In this document: piece by piece, positions 47,477 through 57,297 of the stretch
Layout: each line of letters begins with the position of its first letter
How positions within the stretch are numbered: the first letter of the stretch is position 1
The notes under the pieces: generated by a model
What the model was told of the DNA's origin: nothing
Seen by the model: only the letters and a program-made list of their open reading frames with translations
Databases searched by the model: none
Made by a program: the position numbers and the translations under genes
DNA from: Maricaulaceae bacterium
Lineage (GTDB): Bacteria > Pseudomonadota > Alphaproteobacteria > Caulobacterales > Maricaulaceae
Length of the DNA stretch: 64,000 bases
NCBI GenBank assembly: GCA_048268905.1
Contig: JBLWUN010000006.1
Location: forward strand, 73,106-137,105
Reading direction: 5' to 3'

Positions 47477-48262
47477 CTAGTGACCGCCTTTTTGCTCGTC
47501 TTTCTTTTTCTCGGCTTCGCCAACAACAGCGTCTTTTGCGTCTGATGCCGCGTCTTTGATTTTACCGAGCGCATCACCCGCTGCGTCAACGACTGCATCT
47601 GCTGCGTCGCCAGCGGCATCAACAACATTCCCGCCAGCTTCGACAGCCGCGTCGATGGCTGTATCGCCTGCGTCAGCGGTAGCTTCCATGATGCCGTCAT
47701 CTGTCTCAGCACTGGCTTCAGCAGACGCAGGGACAGGAGGATCGATTGGCGCGCTTGATTTCTGGCGGAGATATTCAATGACAGCGGCGCGGTCTTCTTC
47801 TTTTTTGAGGCCCACAAAGTTCATCGCTGTGCCGCTCAGATAGCTTGTCGGTTTGGTCAGGAAGTCATTCAAACTTTCGTAATCCCACGTAATGCCAGAA
47901 TTTGTGATCGCGCTGGAATAGTTAAAGCCAGCATGTTTTCCGGCGGCGTGTCCGACAACGCCCCAAAGGTTTGGACCTGTTCCATTCGCACCGCCATCTT
48001 CGGCATTATGGCAAGACATGCATTTTTTGAAAATCTTCGCGCCCCGGTCCGCATCCATTGCCGCAACCCAATTAGCTTGCGGGAACGGAAGTTCGATATC
48101 AGCATCGCCATCCGTTGGCGCAGTTTCAATGGCCAATCGGTAGACAGGTGTTTCGGGCGCAGACGTATGAATGACCGCATGTGGGATCATTTGCAAACCC
48201 ATATAGCCCAAGCCTGTCGCCAAAACAGCGGCGGCAATTTTGTTAAAACCGAGATTGTCCAT
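47477..48262 (-). CDS. Membrane-anchored class I c-type cytochrome (CycM-like) with an acidic Ala/Asp-rich C-terminal tail
   Basis: N-terminal TM anchor MDNLGFNKIAAAVLATGLGYMGL. Haem motif CMSCH and distal Met context GTAMNFVGL. The track's 37 upstream codons are rejected. Confidence 0.88.
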   Translation of the reverse strand: MDNLGFNKIAAAVLATGLGYMGLQMIPHAVIHTSAPETPVYRLAIETAPTDGDADIELPFPQANWVAAMDADRGAKIFKKCMSCHNAEDGGANGTGPNLWGVVGHAAGKHAGFNYSSAITNSGITWDYESLNDFLTKPTSYLSGTAMNFVGLKKEEDRAAVIEYLRQKSSAPIDPPVPASAEASAETDDGIMEATADAGDTAIDAAVEAGGNVVDAAGDAADAVVDAAGDALGKIKDAASDAKDAVVGEAEKKKDEQKGGH

Positions 48263-48406
48263 GTTATGTCCTTTAGTCAAAGCATGCGGCGATACGCATA
48301 CAAAGAGCAGCATTTTCATTGTTACTATAAAAATATGAGCGCGAAGCCAACCTAAATCCGTATCTTGGTACAAATCATATTGCGGCGAAGGGTCGCAAAT
48401 CGTGCA

Positions 48407-49522
48407 TTAGGCCTGTTTCACCTGTCCATCTTTCACGTCAAACATCTGCGCGCGCCCCGCAAAAGCCTCAAACAGCGAGGCATCCGTTCCTGTCATGAAA
48501 AGTTGCGTGCCAAGATCCAAAAGCTCCTCAATTAGGGCGGCGCGGCGGTCCGTATCCAGATGTGCCGCCACTTCGTCGAGCAGGAGGAGGGGCGCTTTAT
48601 CCGCTTGCGCGCGCGCATGGGCAAGAAATAGGCCGATGAGCAGCGCTTTTTGTTCGCCCGTCGAGCAATCCTCGGCGGGCATGTTCTTGGCGTTGTGGGT
48701 CACGAGAAGGTCTGAACGGTGAACCCCTTTGAGGGTTCGTCCCGCCCGCATATCCAGAGCCCGGTTTTTCGCCAGGTCCTCGGCAATGCGTTGCTCCACA
48801 TCACCCAGCGCCGCGCCCGATTGGCAAAGCGCTTCGGACGTACCGTCAAGGACCAGTCGGGCCTTGGGAAATGCGCCCTCGGGCCTGTTTTCGATCTCTT
48901 CGACGAGGCGGGTAACCGTCTCAGCCCGGGACGCGGCAATCTGTGCGCCGCGACGCGCCATATCGGCTTCGAGCGCGCGGTACCAGCCTGTATCTGATGT
49001 GCCTTCCGAAAGAAGCCGGTTGCGTTCGCTCCGAGCCTTTTCATAGCGGATCACATTTTGCCCATGCTCGGGCGCGTGGATCAGGGTGAAACGGTCGAGA
49101 AATTTGCGTCTGTCAGAGGCCGGCCCTGTGAAAAGACGATCTTGAGCGGGTGTGAGCCACATCAGTGTGAGGTGATCTTGCAGTTGGGGGCCTGCGGCTG
49201 GTTGTCCATCAATACGAATGGTCCGCCGCCGCGGATATTCCGGAACTTGCCCAACGGCGATCTTTATGGCGTTGTCCTGCCGGTGAAGTACGGCGGTAAC
49301 GCCCCATGCCGGCGCGGTTTGCGGCCCATCTCTTCGGGCAATATCTTCCATGCGGGCCCTTCTGAGACCGCGTCCGGGGGAGAGAAAAGAAAGGGCTTCC
49401 AGCAGATTGGTTTTACCGGCACCGTTTGCGCCGTATAAAACGACAGGCTCCGGCCCCATTGAGAGGTCCAGAGATTTGTAAGATCGAAAATCGGTCAGGC
49501 GCAAGCTTTGTATATACGCCAC
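48407..49522 (-). CDS. recF: DNA replication and repair protein RecF
   Basis: Walker A GANGAGKTNLLEA, signature STGEQKALLIGL and Walker B LLLLDEVAAHLD. Confidence 0.95.
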   Translation of the reverse strand: MAYIQSLRLTDFRSYKSLDLSMGPEPVVLYGANGAGKTNLLEALSFLSPGRGLRRARMEDIARRDGPQTAPAWGVTAVLHRQDNAIKIAVGQVPEYPRRRTIRIDGQPAAGPQLQDHLTLMWLTPAQDRLFTGPASDRRKFLDRFTLIHAPEHGQNVIRYEKARSERNRLLSEGTSDTGWYRALEADMARRGAQIAASRAETVTRLVEEIENRPEGAFPKARLVLDGTSEALCQSGAALGDVEQRIAEDLAKNRALDMRAGRTLKGVHRSDLLVTHNAKNMPAEDCSTGEQKALLIGLFLAHARAQADKAPLLLLDEVAAHLDTDRRAALIEELLDLGTQLFMTGTDASLFEAFAGRAQMFDVKDGQVKQA

Positions 49523-49538
49523 GAGGTCGGAAAGCTTC

Positions 49539-50642
49539 CTAGACCCGAAGCGGCATCAAGACAAACAAGCTGCCCGGATCTTCACTGTCTTTGACAAGTG
49601 CAGGGGAGGCAGGGCTGTCCAGATAGAACGTCGCGTCCCGTCCTTCAATTTGGCCTGTAACATCCAGAAGATATTTCGCGTTAAAACCAATTTCGAGCGG
49701 CTCAGCCGAATAATCCACCATCAGGTCTTCACGGGCATTGCCGCTTTCAGGATTGTCCACCACAAGCGCGAGCGTGTCTTGGGTCAATGTGAGTTTGATC
49801 GAACGGGATTTCTCAGCCGAGATTGTCGAGACCCGATCAACAGCGTCAGCAAACACCTTATTGTCGATCATCAGCTCTTTTTCATTCCCTTTCGGGATAA
49901 CCCGTTCGTAATCGGGGAAGGTTCCGTCAATCAGTTTTGATGTCAAAACGGCATTGCCATAATTGAAGCGGATTTTCGCGTCAGAGACCGAAATATTCAC
50001 GTCGCCGTCTGTGCCGTCGATGAGACGGCGAATTTCCGCGACCGTTTTGCGCGGTATAATAACACCCGGTAGGCCTTCTGCGCCAACGGGTAAGGCCATT
50101 TCGGATAGTGCGAGGCGGTGACCATCTGTGGCCACGGCGCGCAACATGCCGTCATGGGCGTGCACATAAATCCCGTTCAGATAATAGCGCGTTTCTTCGG
50201 TGCTGATAGCAAAGCGGGTTTTGTCTATCAGGCGGCGAAGATCAGCCGTCGAGAGGTCAAATGTATGGGTGAAGCCGTCAGCTGTCATTTTCGGGAAATC
50301 TCCCGACGGCAAGAGGGGAAGCGTAAAGTGAGAGCGGCCAGCATCTACATCTAAGCGGTTATCAGAATTGATTTTCAATGAAACTTGTGACCCGTCAGGC
50401 AGTTTGCGCGCTATATCATACAGAGTATGCGCTGGCGCCGTGACATCACCCGGTGCGTCAACCACAGCTTCTGAGCTCTCTGAAACCTCAATGTCCAGAT
50501 CTGTCGCAACAAGTGTGATTTTGTCACCTTCAGCCGTGATCAATACGTTTGAAAGAATGGGAATGGTATTGCGGCGTTCAACAACGTTCTGAACGTGACC
50601 CAGAGCTTTAAGGAGTGCTGCGCGTTCAATTGAAATTTTCAT
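49539..50642 (-). CDS. dnaN: DNA polymerase III beta sliding clamp
   Basis: MKISIERAALLKALGHVQNVVERRNTIPILSNVLI... 367 aa with a three-domain clamp pattern. Lies upstream of recF. Confidence 0.95.
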   Translation of the reverse strand: MKISIERAALLKALGHVQNVVERRNTIPILSNVLITAEGDKITLVATDLDIEVSESSEAVVDAPGDVTAPAHTLYDIARKLPDGSQVSLKINSDNRLDVDAGRSHFTLPLLPSGDFPKMTADGFTHTFDLSTADLRRLIDKTRFAISTEETRYYLNGIYVHAHDGMLRAVATDGHRLALSEMALPVGAEGLPGVIIPRKTVAEIRRLIDGTDGDVNISVSDAKIRFNYGNAVLTSKLIDGTFPDYERVIPKGNEKELMIDNKVFADAVDRVSTISAEKSRSIKLTLTQDTLALVVDNPESGNAREDLMVDYSAEPLEIGFNAKYLLDVTGQIEGRDATFYLDSPASPALVKDSEDPGSLFVLMPLRV

Positions 50643-50788
50643 ATCTGTCGTCCTGCTTTGCCGTAAAATTCAGGTACGGGGAAGCATTTCGTCTCCCCCG
50701 GACGTAGCGGCCTACAATACTCAAACGGCAGCAAATGCCAACCATTTTTCGTCTTACGCGCGATTAGTTTCAGGTGGGAAAGGCGGGC

Positions 50789-52255
50789 CTAGGACCCCGT
50801 TTTCTCGCGAAAGGTCATTGCTTTGTCTTTGAGGGACCCCATACCAAGGGCGAGTTTGTCTAAAACATAATTTTGATGCACGCGCCACGGTGCGTCCAGC
50901 CCCTGTTTGGGTAATATTTTCTCTGCGCGGAAGATGTAACCCGATTGGAGATCAAGAGCGGGTTGCGGGACAATCGAATCATCCGCTTCTGGCGTGATGA
51001 TCTGTTTTCCTTGCTTATCCATGGCGTTGATCAAGCGGCAGGCATATCGGGCAATCAACTCGCATTTAAGGGTCCATGAGGCATTTGTGTAGCCCACGGA
51101 GTAAAACACATTTGGCAGGCCCGAGAACATCATACCTTTATACATATAGGTCTGGGATAAATCGACGGGCATTCCGTCAACGCTCAGATCTACGCCGCCC
51201 ATAAACTGCATATTCAGGCCCGTCGCCGTGATCACAATGTCCGCGTCTAGGTTTGCGCCGGATTCGAGTGCCAGACCCGTTTTCGTAAAATTGGCGATCC
51301 GGTCCGTAACGATATCGGCCCTTCCGCTGCGGATAGCAGCAAACATTTCGCCGTTCTTATCTATGCAGACCCGTTGATCCCAAGGATCGTAAGAGGGGTT
51401 TAAATGAACGCTTGTCTTGAAATCGGGACCGAGCGCGGTGGCCGCGCCGGCCATGATTTGTTTTTTCATATATTTTGGAAAACGCCGCGCGAGTTGAAAG
51501 TAGAAAATTGTCCGCAGGATGTTCTTCCAGCGTATAAGCGTGTGAGAGATCTTCGGGCCAAAAATTTTCTTCGTAAAGATAGCTATCCCGTCCCGAGCGG
51601 GCATTTCAACAATATATGTGGGCGATCGTTGCAGCATGGTCACATGTGCCGCGCTCTCTGCAAGCGAGGGAAGGAGGGTAACGGCGGTCGCGCCGCTGCC
51701 GATGACCACAATCTTTTTGTCCGCATAGTCCAGATCTTCCGGCCAAGCTTGTGGGTGAATAATTTGGCCGCCGAAATCGCTCGTGCCGTCCCACTTCGGT
51801 AAGTACCCTTCGGCATAATTATAATAGCCGGGGCACATATAAAGCACGTGGCATGTTATGGTTTTGCTTTCGCCGTCCGCCTCGGCTGTGACCGTCCACA
51901 ATGCCGTCTTGGAATCCCAAGCGGCTGTCACGATGCGGTGATTAAAGCGAATGTTCTTGTCGATGCCGTTTTCGCGCGCCGTGTCTTCAATATAGGCCTT
52001 GATTTTTGCACCGCTGGCGAAGGCTTCATCTTCCAGCCAAGGCCGGAATGAATATCCGAATGTATACAGGTCAGAATCAGAACGAATGCCGGGATATTGG
52101 AACAGGTCCCACGTGCCGCCCATGGCCGAGCGGGATTCGAATATCGCGTACGTTTTTGATGGACAGCGCTCTTGCAGGTAATGCGCGGCCGCGATTCCCG
52201 ACACGCCAGCACCCACGATGAGTACGTCTACATAATCTTGTTTCACGCTTGTCAT
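50789..52255 (-). CDS. Type I Baeyer-Villiger (flavin-containing) monooxygenase, EthA-like
   Basis: FAD GxGxx[16 protein letters not shown] fingerprint [12 protein letters not shown] (FxGxxxHxxxWP) and NADPH Rossmann VIGSGATAV. Confidence 0.88.
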   Translation of the reverse strand: MTSVKQDYVDVLIVGAGVSGIAAAHYLQERCPSKTYAIFESRSAMGGTWDLFQYPGIRSDSDLYTFGYSFRPWLEDEAFASGAKIKAYIEDTARENGIDKNIRFNHRIVTAAWDSKTALWTVTAEADGESKTITCHVLYMCPGYYNYAEGYLPKWDGTSDFGGQIIHPQAWPEDLDYADKKIVVIGSGATAVTLLPSLAESAAHVTMLQRSPTYIVEMPARDGIAIFTKKIFGPKISHTLIRWKNILRTIFYFQLARRFPKYMKKQIMAGAATALGPDFKTSVHLNPSYDPWDQRVCIDKNGEMFAAIRSGRADIVTDRIANFTKTGLALESGANLDADIVITATGLNMQFMGGVDLSVDGMPVDLSQTYMYKGMMFSGLPNVFYSVGYTNASWTLKCELIARYACRLINAMDKQGKQIITPEADDSIVPQPALDLQSGYIFRAEKILPKQGLDAPWRVHQNYVLDKLALGMGSLKDKAMTFREKTGS

Positions 52256-52332
52256 AACAGTCTCCCCTCGGCCATCTTAGAAGGCAGCAGGGGGCTATTC
52301 AAGAACTGTAATGTTTCAAGCGTGAATAAGGC

Positions 52333-53826
52333 TTATGCAGATTTCAGCGATGTTTCCAGAGCTGTGATTTTGGAATGGAAGGGCTGGTCTTCCTGGCGAA
52401 GCTCTTCAATCCGTTTTACCGCGTGCATAACCGTTGTGTGGTCGCGCCCGCCAAAACGGCGGCCAATGTCTGGCAGCGAACGCTTTGTCATCTTTTTGCA
52501 AAGATACATTGCCACTTGGCGCGGACGTGCAACAACCCGTGTGCGGCGTTTCGAGACCATATCATTCAGCGTGATTTCAAACTCTTCGGCGACGGCGCGC
52601 TGAATTTTGTCCACGGTCAAACGTTGTCCGGCGACAAAACGGCCATCGGAGAGTGTTTCCTGAATGGTTTCAAGTGTGATGGGCATGCCGAGAAATTCAG
52701 ACTGGGCCACAACTTGGTTGAACGCGCCTTCCAGGTCGCGGGGTGTGGCGTTGATGCGCGCGGCGAGATGATCGCGGGCATTTTGCGGAATGGTGAGCGG
52801 GCTACCGGTTTCGCGGCGGCGATCAATCAGGCGGTCAAGAATACGTTTGCGAAGCTCGTAATCTGCTGCGCCAATTTTGCAAACAAGGCCGCTGCAAAGA
52901 TAAGACTTAAGACGGTCGGAGGCCTTCTCCATCTCGTCCGGATGGCGGTCTGTGGCGATCAGAACTTGGCGGCCATCATCCACAAGAGACACAAGCGTGT
53001 GAAGAAGTTCTTCTTGGCTGTTAGGCTTCGTTGCAATGAAGTGAGCGTCATCAATGATGAGAAGATCCACCCCGCGCAAGGACGCTTTAAAGGCGTCGAT
53101 CGCCTCACGGCCTGTACCGCGCAGGGAGTTTACGAAGGTTGTTACAAATTCTTCACCGGAGATCAGGCGAACCCGGCGTTCAGGACGATTGGTTTCGACG
53201 GATTGCTTGATGGCGTAAAGCAAATGGGTTTTCCCCATGCCGTTCGCGCCGTGAAGGACAATGGGATTATATTGGGCGGTTTCTGCGAGCGCCGTTTGAC
53301 GTGCCACAGCGAATGCGAGCTCGTTTGAGGGGCCGACAATGAAGTTGTCAAAAGAAAAACGCTCATGGGCAGCTGAGCGCTTCGCTTGGCGCTGAATGGA
53401 CGGCCGAACAATGGCCGGTGACTGCGCCGAGGTGTCAGAGGCGAGAGGCAATGCGGGCTCGCTTGACAAAGATATGTCAGCCGGGGCCGCCGCGCCCTCA
53501 AGCGCCGGCTTTGACAAGATGACACGCCGCGGCGGGGCGACCATGTCGTGCTTTTGCCAAAGGCGCGTTAATTGCTCCATGTAGCTGGCCTCGATTTTTG
53601 AGGCAATGAAACGTGTGGGTGCTGATAATGTGACTGTAAAGGCGTCTGCGCCTGCAATATGCAGGCGTCCGGTCCACGAACGGTGAACATTCGGACCAAT
53701 TGCGTAGGCAAGGTCCTTCTGAGCCGCCGCCCATGTCTTGTGAGCACTCTCCACAGGGGATTCCCCGGTGAATAAGTCTGGCTTGGCAATGTGTGTAGGT
53801 GGAACTGATCCTTCAGTTGTCTTCAC
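52333..53826 (-). CDS. dnaA: Chromosomal replication initiator protein DnaA
   Basis: Walker [13 protein letters not shown], Walker [10 protein letters not shown] and C-terminal DNA-binding signature [20 protein letters not shown]. The start codon as drawn is GTG and the exact start is uncertain. Confidence 0.96.
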   Translation of the reverse strand: MKTTEGSVPPTHIAKPDLFTGESPVESAHKTWAAAQKDLAYAIGPNVHRSWTGRLHIAGADAFTVTLSAPTRFIASKIEASYMEQLTRLWQKHDMVAPPRRVILSKPALEGAAAPADISLSSEPALPLASDTSAQSPAIVRPSIQRQAKRSAAHERFSFDNFIVGPSNELAFAVARQTALAETAQYNPIVLHGANGMGKTHLLYAIKQSVETNRPERRVRLISGEEFVTTFVNSLRGTGREAIDAFKASLRGVDLLIIDDAHFIATKPNSQEELLHTLVSLVDDGRQVLIATDRHPDEMEKASDRLKSYLCSGLVCKIGAADYELRKRILDRLIDRRRETGSPLTIPQNARDHLAARINATPRDLEGAFNQVVAQSEFLGMPITLETIQETLSDGRFVAGQRLTVDKIQRAVAEEFEITLNDMVSKRRTRVVARPRQVAMYLCKKMTKRSLPDIGRRFGGRDHTTVMHAVKRIEELRQEDQPFHSKITALETSLKSA

Positions 53827-53891
53827 TGTCTTTTACCCCAAACACCATCAATAGGGTTACAAGGGTAACCCTTTGAATTATAAAAACATAT

Positions 53892-53900
53892 TGTGGATTC
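53892..53900. promoter_or_regulatory. DnaA-box-like 9-mer overlapping a GANTC site in the dnaA upstream region
   Basis: TGTGGATTC matches TGTGGATAA at 7/9 positions (reverse complement GAATCCACA). It contains GATTC (GANTC). It lies 66-74 bp upstream of the dnaA start. Confidence 0.35.
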
Positions 53901-54215
53901 TACATGTCGGACGGTGATCCGGCGTAGTATTCCCTCTGACCAATTAAGGGCTAACCTCAAGGTCTCTTACCCCTTTAAACCGACTTAATTCCGTCGCGTC
54001 AACGGCGAAAAGTTGCAAAGTCGATGCTCTTTTTTATTGACTCAAAAAAACGTAAATACAGCAAAGAATTAGAGCCAAAAAAATATTGATGTTTCAATGT
54101 ATTTTTTGTGACGGAGAAAATGGCTTCGTCTGACGCTGCAAAATTGTTCGAAAAAAGCCGCTCTAAAAGAGAAGTCTTTCCAAGCCCCTCCAAGACGGCG
54201 CTTGGAAAAGCGGGC

Positions 54216-54242
54216 ATAAAAAAACCGGGTCTTGAAACCCGG
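54216..54242 (-). terminator. Rho-independent terminator of rpsT
   Basis: The minus strand reads CCGGGT-ttcaag-ACCCGG followed by TTTTTTT. It begins 25 nt after the rpsT stop. Confidence 0.75.
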
Positions 54243-54266
54243 CTTCTAATCCAATGTACCGAAGTA

Positions 54267-54530
54267 CTAGGCCATCGCTTTAACACGTTTGTTCAGGCGT
54301 GAAATCTTCCGTGACGCTGTGTTCTTATGAAAAACGCCTTTGCTCACGGCGCGCATCATTGCTGGCTCAGCAGCTTTGACGGCAACTTGTGCGGCGTCTT
54401 TATCACCTGACGCGATTGCGTCTTCTACACGGCGAAGGGATGAGCGCACCATTGTACGGCGGGCTTTATTCACGGCTGTCTTACGCGCCAGAACGCGGAC
54501 GGCTTTTTTGGCTGATGCTGTATTTGCCAT
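54267..54530 (-). CDS. rpsT: 30S ribosomal protein S20
   Basis: [39 protein letters not shown]... 87 aa and basic. The 26 extra codons in the track are rejected. Confidence 0.95.
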   Translation of the reverse strand: MANTASAKKAVRVLARKTAVNKARRTMVRSSLRRVEDAIASGDKDAAQVAVKAAEPAMMRAVSKGVFHKNTASRKISRLNKRVKAMA

Positions 54531-54654
54531 AATATCCTCATGACCGGCCAGGTGCCGGGGTAACTTGCAAGCGCGCCCTATAGCGCTGAGTCGTGTAGGC
54601 GTCAACACCTCCGACCAACTTTCTGTACGAATTAGGGCGCTATTTTAAAAAGAC

Positions 54655-55431
54655 CTACTTGTTCTTAAAGTGGGCCTTTCGTTTTTCAATAAAGGCGGTC
54701 ATGCCTTCTTTCTGATCATGCGTGGTAAACATAGATTGGAACAGACGCCGCTCGAACTGAATGCCTTGCGCCAAAGTCGTTTCAAAGGACACATTGACGG
54801 CTTCTTTTGTCATCATCGCGATCGGCTGACTTTGGGCCGCGATTTTGCGCGCGGCTTCCAGCGCCGTATCGTCCAGCTCGTCTAAGGCCACAATACGTGA
54901 CACTAATCCCGCGCGCTCTGCTTCTGTTGCGTCCATCATACGTCCGGTTAGGCACATATCCATCGCTTTGGCTTTGCCCACGGCGCGGACAAGGCGCTGG
55001 GTGCCGCCAATACCGGGCATGACTCCCAGTGTGATTTCTGGCTGGCCAAATTTCGCGTTTTCGGCGGCAATAATGAAATCGCACATCATCGCAATTTCAC
55101 ATCCGCCGCCAAGGGCATATCCGGCAACTGCGGCAATGATGGGCTTGCGAAAACGCTCGATGGCGCAATGATACGCTTCAAAGACGTCGTGTTTATAAAT
55201 GTCGAGATAGGCATTTTCCTGCATCTCTTTAATGTCAGCGCCTGCGGCAAAGGCTTTTTCGGAGCCTGTAAGGATAACGCAGCCAATCGCATCATCCGCC
55301 TCTAGGTCGGCGAGCGCATGGGCGACTTCCTTCATCATCGGGACGCAAAGGGCGTTGAGCGCTTTGGGGCGGTCAAGCCGAATTTTGGCGACACCTCCGT
55401 CGCGGGTCAATTCAATCATTTCGTAGTTCAT
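54655..55431 (-). CDS. Enoyl-CoA hydratase/isomerase family (crotonase) protein
   Basis: GSEKAFAAGADIKEM and GYALGGGCEIAMMCD oxyanion-hole/catalytic Glu contexts. 258 aa. Confidence 0.92.
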   Translation of the reverse strand: MNYEMIELTRDGGVAKIRLDRPKALNALCVPMMKEVAHALADLEADDAIGCVILTGSEKAFAAGADIKEMQENAYLDIYKHDVFEAYHCAIERFRKPIIAAVAGYALGGGCEIAMMCDFIIAAENAKFGQPEITLGVMPGIGGTQRLVRAVGKAKAMDMCLTGRMMDATEAERAGLVSRIVALDELDDTALEAARKIAAQSQPIAMMTKEAVNVSFETTLAQGIQFERRLFQSMFTTHDQKEGMTAFIEKRKAHFKNK

Positions 55432-55592
55432 GGGAGCCTCTTGAAATTGTTGGAGCGCCCATACACGCTTTGTAGGGGCGCATCAAATTCTATTTCTGCA
55501 CGCGGTCAGCGGCGGTTTAGGGCGCACGGGCGCTTCGCCGCCTGTTTACGCAGCTTTGTGATCTGATTGCAAGCCTTGTGAGGTGCGGGGCG

Positions 55593-56432
55593 CTAACCTT
55601 GGCACGCCGCACAAAAGAATGTCGAGCGGCCGCTCTGAACCAAGCGTTTAATCGGCGCGTCGCAGTTCGGGCAGGGGCTTCCCTCGCGGCCGTAAACATC
55701 GAAGCTGTGCTGGAAGTAGCCCAAATCGCCGTCTGTATTGGCAAAGTCTTTCAAGCTTGACCCGCCCGCATCGATCGCTTGGGAAATCACAGTCTTGATA
55801 TGCGCTGTTAGGGTTTCGGTTTCTTTGACAGTCAGGCGCCCTGCGGCGCGGCGCGGCGATATACGGGCGCGAAATAGCGCCTCGCAGGCGTAAATATTGC
55901 CAAGACCTGCGACCACATGCTGGTCCAGAAGCGCGGCTTTGATCTTACTCTTTCTGCCTTTGAGGGCTGTGCGCAGGGCGGGGGCATTGAAGGAATTGGA
56001 TAGGGGCTCGGGCCCCAGCGTATCCAGGCGCGAGGCCTCGCCGGGGGCAATCAGTTCCATAAAGCCGAATCGGCGCGGGTCATTAAAAACAATCTGCGCG
56101 CCGCTACTCATCTCGAAAACGACATGGTCGTGCTTGGTATGGGCAGGGATGGTGTGCGTGAAGTCACCCAGTGCGCCCGCTTGATTGACCGAAAACCGTC
56201 CGGACATTCCAAGATGCATCAGCAGCCTGTCGCCAGAGCCAAGCTGGGCATCGAGAAATTTCGCGCGGCGGGTCAACTTTTCAAGGCATTGTCCTTGTAC
56301 GCGGTCGATAAATTGCGGGTGAAACGCAAAGCGTAAATCGGGCCGATTCAGGATCACGCGGTCAAAGGTAAAGCCTTCCATCACAGGGGCCAGTCCGCGC
56401 TTGACGGTTTCCACTTCGGGGAGTTCAGGCAT
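55593..56432 (-). CDS. mutM: Formamidopyrimidine-DNA glycosylase
   Basis: N-terminal MPELPEVETV and C-terminal zinc finger CPNCDAPIKRLVQSGRSTFFCAACQ. Confidence 0.95.
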   Translation of the reverse strand: MPELPEVETVKRGLAPVMEGFTFDRVILNRPDLRFAFHPQFIDRVQGQCLEKLTRRAKFLDAQLGSGDRLLMHLGMSGRFSVNQAGALGDFTHTIPAHTKHDHVVFEMSSGAQIVFNDPRRFGFMELIAPGEASRLDTLGPEPLSNSFNAPALRTALKGRKSKIKAALLDQHVVAGLGNIYACEALFRARISPRRAAGRLTVKETETLTAHIKTVISQAIDAGGSSLKDFANTDGDLGYFQHSFDVYGREGSPCPNCDAPIKRLVQSGRSTFFCAACQG

Positions 56433-56530
56433 AGGTCCTCGGGCGTCGGGTCATCTCTGGTGCCTTTATGATGCGGCGCGGTACACTATGTCCACTTGTA
56501 ATATGCCGCTTTTCAGGCCAAATGAACCCC

Positions 56531-57295
56531 ATGACACAAGATACTATCGACTTTGGATTTCAAGAAATTCCGGCCCACGAGAAACAGTCGCGGGTTCGCG
56601 GCGTGTTTGACAGTGTCGCCCAGAATTACGATCTGATGAATGACGCCATGTCTATGGGCATTCACCGCGTCTGGAAAGACATGACAATTACCAAGGTCAA
56701 CCCACAGCCCGGCGAGCTTTTAATCGATGTGGCGGGCGGAACCGGCGATCTTGCGCGGCGGTTTATACGGCGAGCCGAAGAGGCACGTTTGCGCCGCGGC
56801 GGCCAACCCGCCCGGGCGATTATCTGTGATATTAACGCTGAAATGCTTCTGGCGGGGATTGATCCCAAGAAAGATGCGGGCATGGATCTGACGCGGATTT
56901 GCGGCAATGCCGAGAGCTTGCCCTTTCCAGATAGCTGCGCGGACGCTGTGACGATTGCTTTTGGGATCCGCAATGTGACCAATCGTGACAAGGCGCTGGC
57001 CGAGTTTTACCGCGTCTTAAAGCCGGGTGGGCGTTTGTGCGTGCTCGAGTTTTCGACGCCGCCCGTGAAAGTTTTGCGGGCGATTTATGACGCCTATTCC
57101 TTCGCCGTTATTCCGCCGCTCGGGGGATTGCTAGCCGACGATAAAGAGAGCTACCAATATCTTGTGGAATCTATTCGTCGTTTTCCGCGTCAACAGGCCT
57201 TCAAAGACATGGTTGATAGGGCGGGTTTCAAGCGCACAGGCTGGCATGATTTTACAGGCGGCATTGCTGCCCTGCATTGGGGCTGGAAGACTTAA
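56531..57295 (+). CDS. ubiE: Bifunctional demethylmenaquinone / ubiquinone C-methyltransferase UbiE
   Basis: VFDSVAQNYDLMNDAMSMGIHRVWK, SAM motif DVAGGTGD and FGIRNV. Divergent from mutM, as in many alphaproteobacteria. Confidence 0.93.
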   Translation: MTQDTIDFGFQEIPAHEKQSRVRGVFDSVAQNYDLMNDAMSMGIHRVWKDMTITKVNPQPGELLIDVAGGTGDLARRFIRRAEEARLRRGGQPARAIICDINAEMLLAGIDPKKDAGMDLTRICGNAESLPFPDSCADAVTIAFGIRNVTNRDKALAEFYRVLKPGGRLCVLEFSTPPVKVLRAIYDAYSFAVIPPLGGLLADDKESYQYLVESIRRFPRQQAFKDMVDRAGFKRTGWHDFTGGIAALHWGWKT

Positions 57296-57297
57296 CC

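Noticed and set aside
47477-48373. N-terminal extensions of the cytochrome c (to 48373), rpsT (to 54608), ubiE (from 56468), degP (from 5062) and acyltransferase (to 46218) ORFs
   Set aside because: In each case an internal ATG with a ribosome-binding site gives the canonical N-terminus (TM anchor, [19 protein letters not shown], signal peptide). The extensions are unconserved-looking.
52375-53328. 317-aa ORF on the plus strand
   Set aside because: It is entirely antisense to dnaA, whose frame carries unmistakable AAA+ and DNA-binding motifs. The antisense translation is Ala/Arg/Gly/Cys-rich with no motif. It is a typical shadow ORF in GC-rich coding DNA.
53827-54266. Possibility that the rpsT-dnaA intergenic region is the replication origin
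   Set aside because: I could find only one DnaA-box-like 9-mer and no cluster of boxes. There are no repeated AT-rich 13-mers. As I recall, the Caulobacter origin lies near hemE rather than next to dnaA. Genome-wide GC skew is needed to decide.
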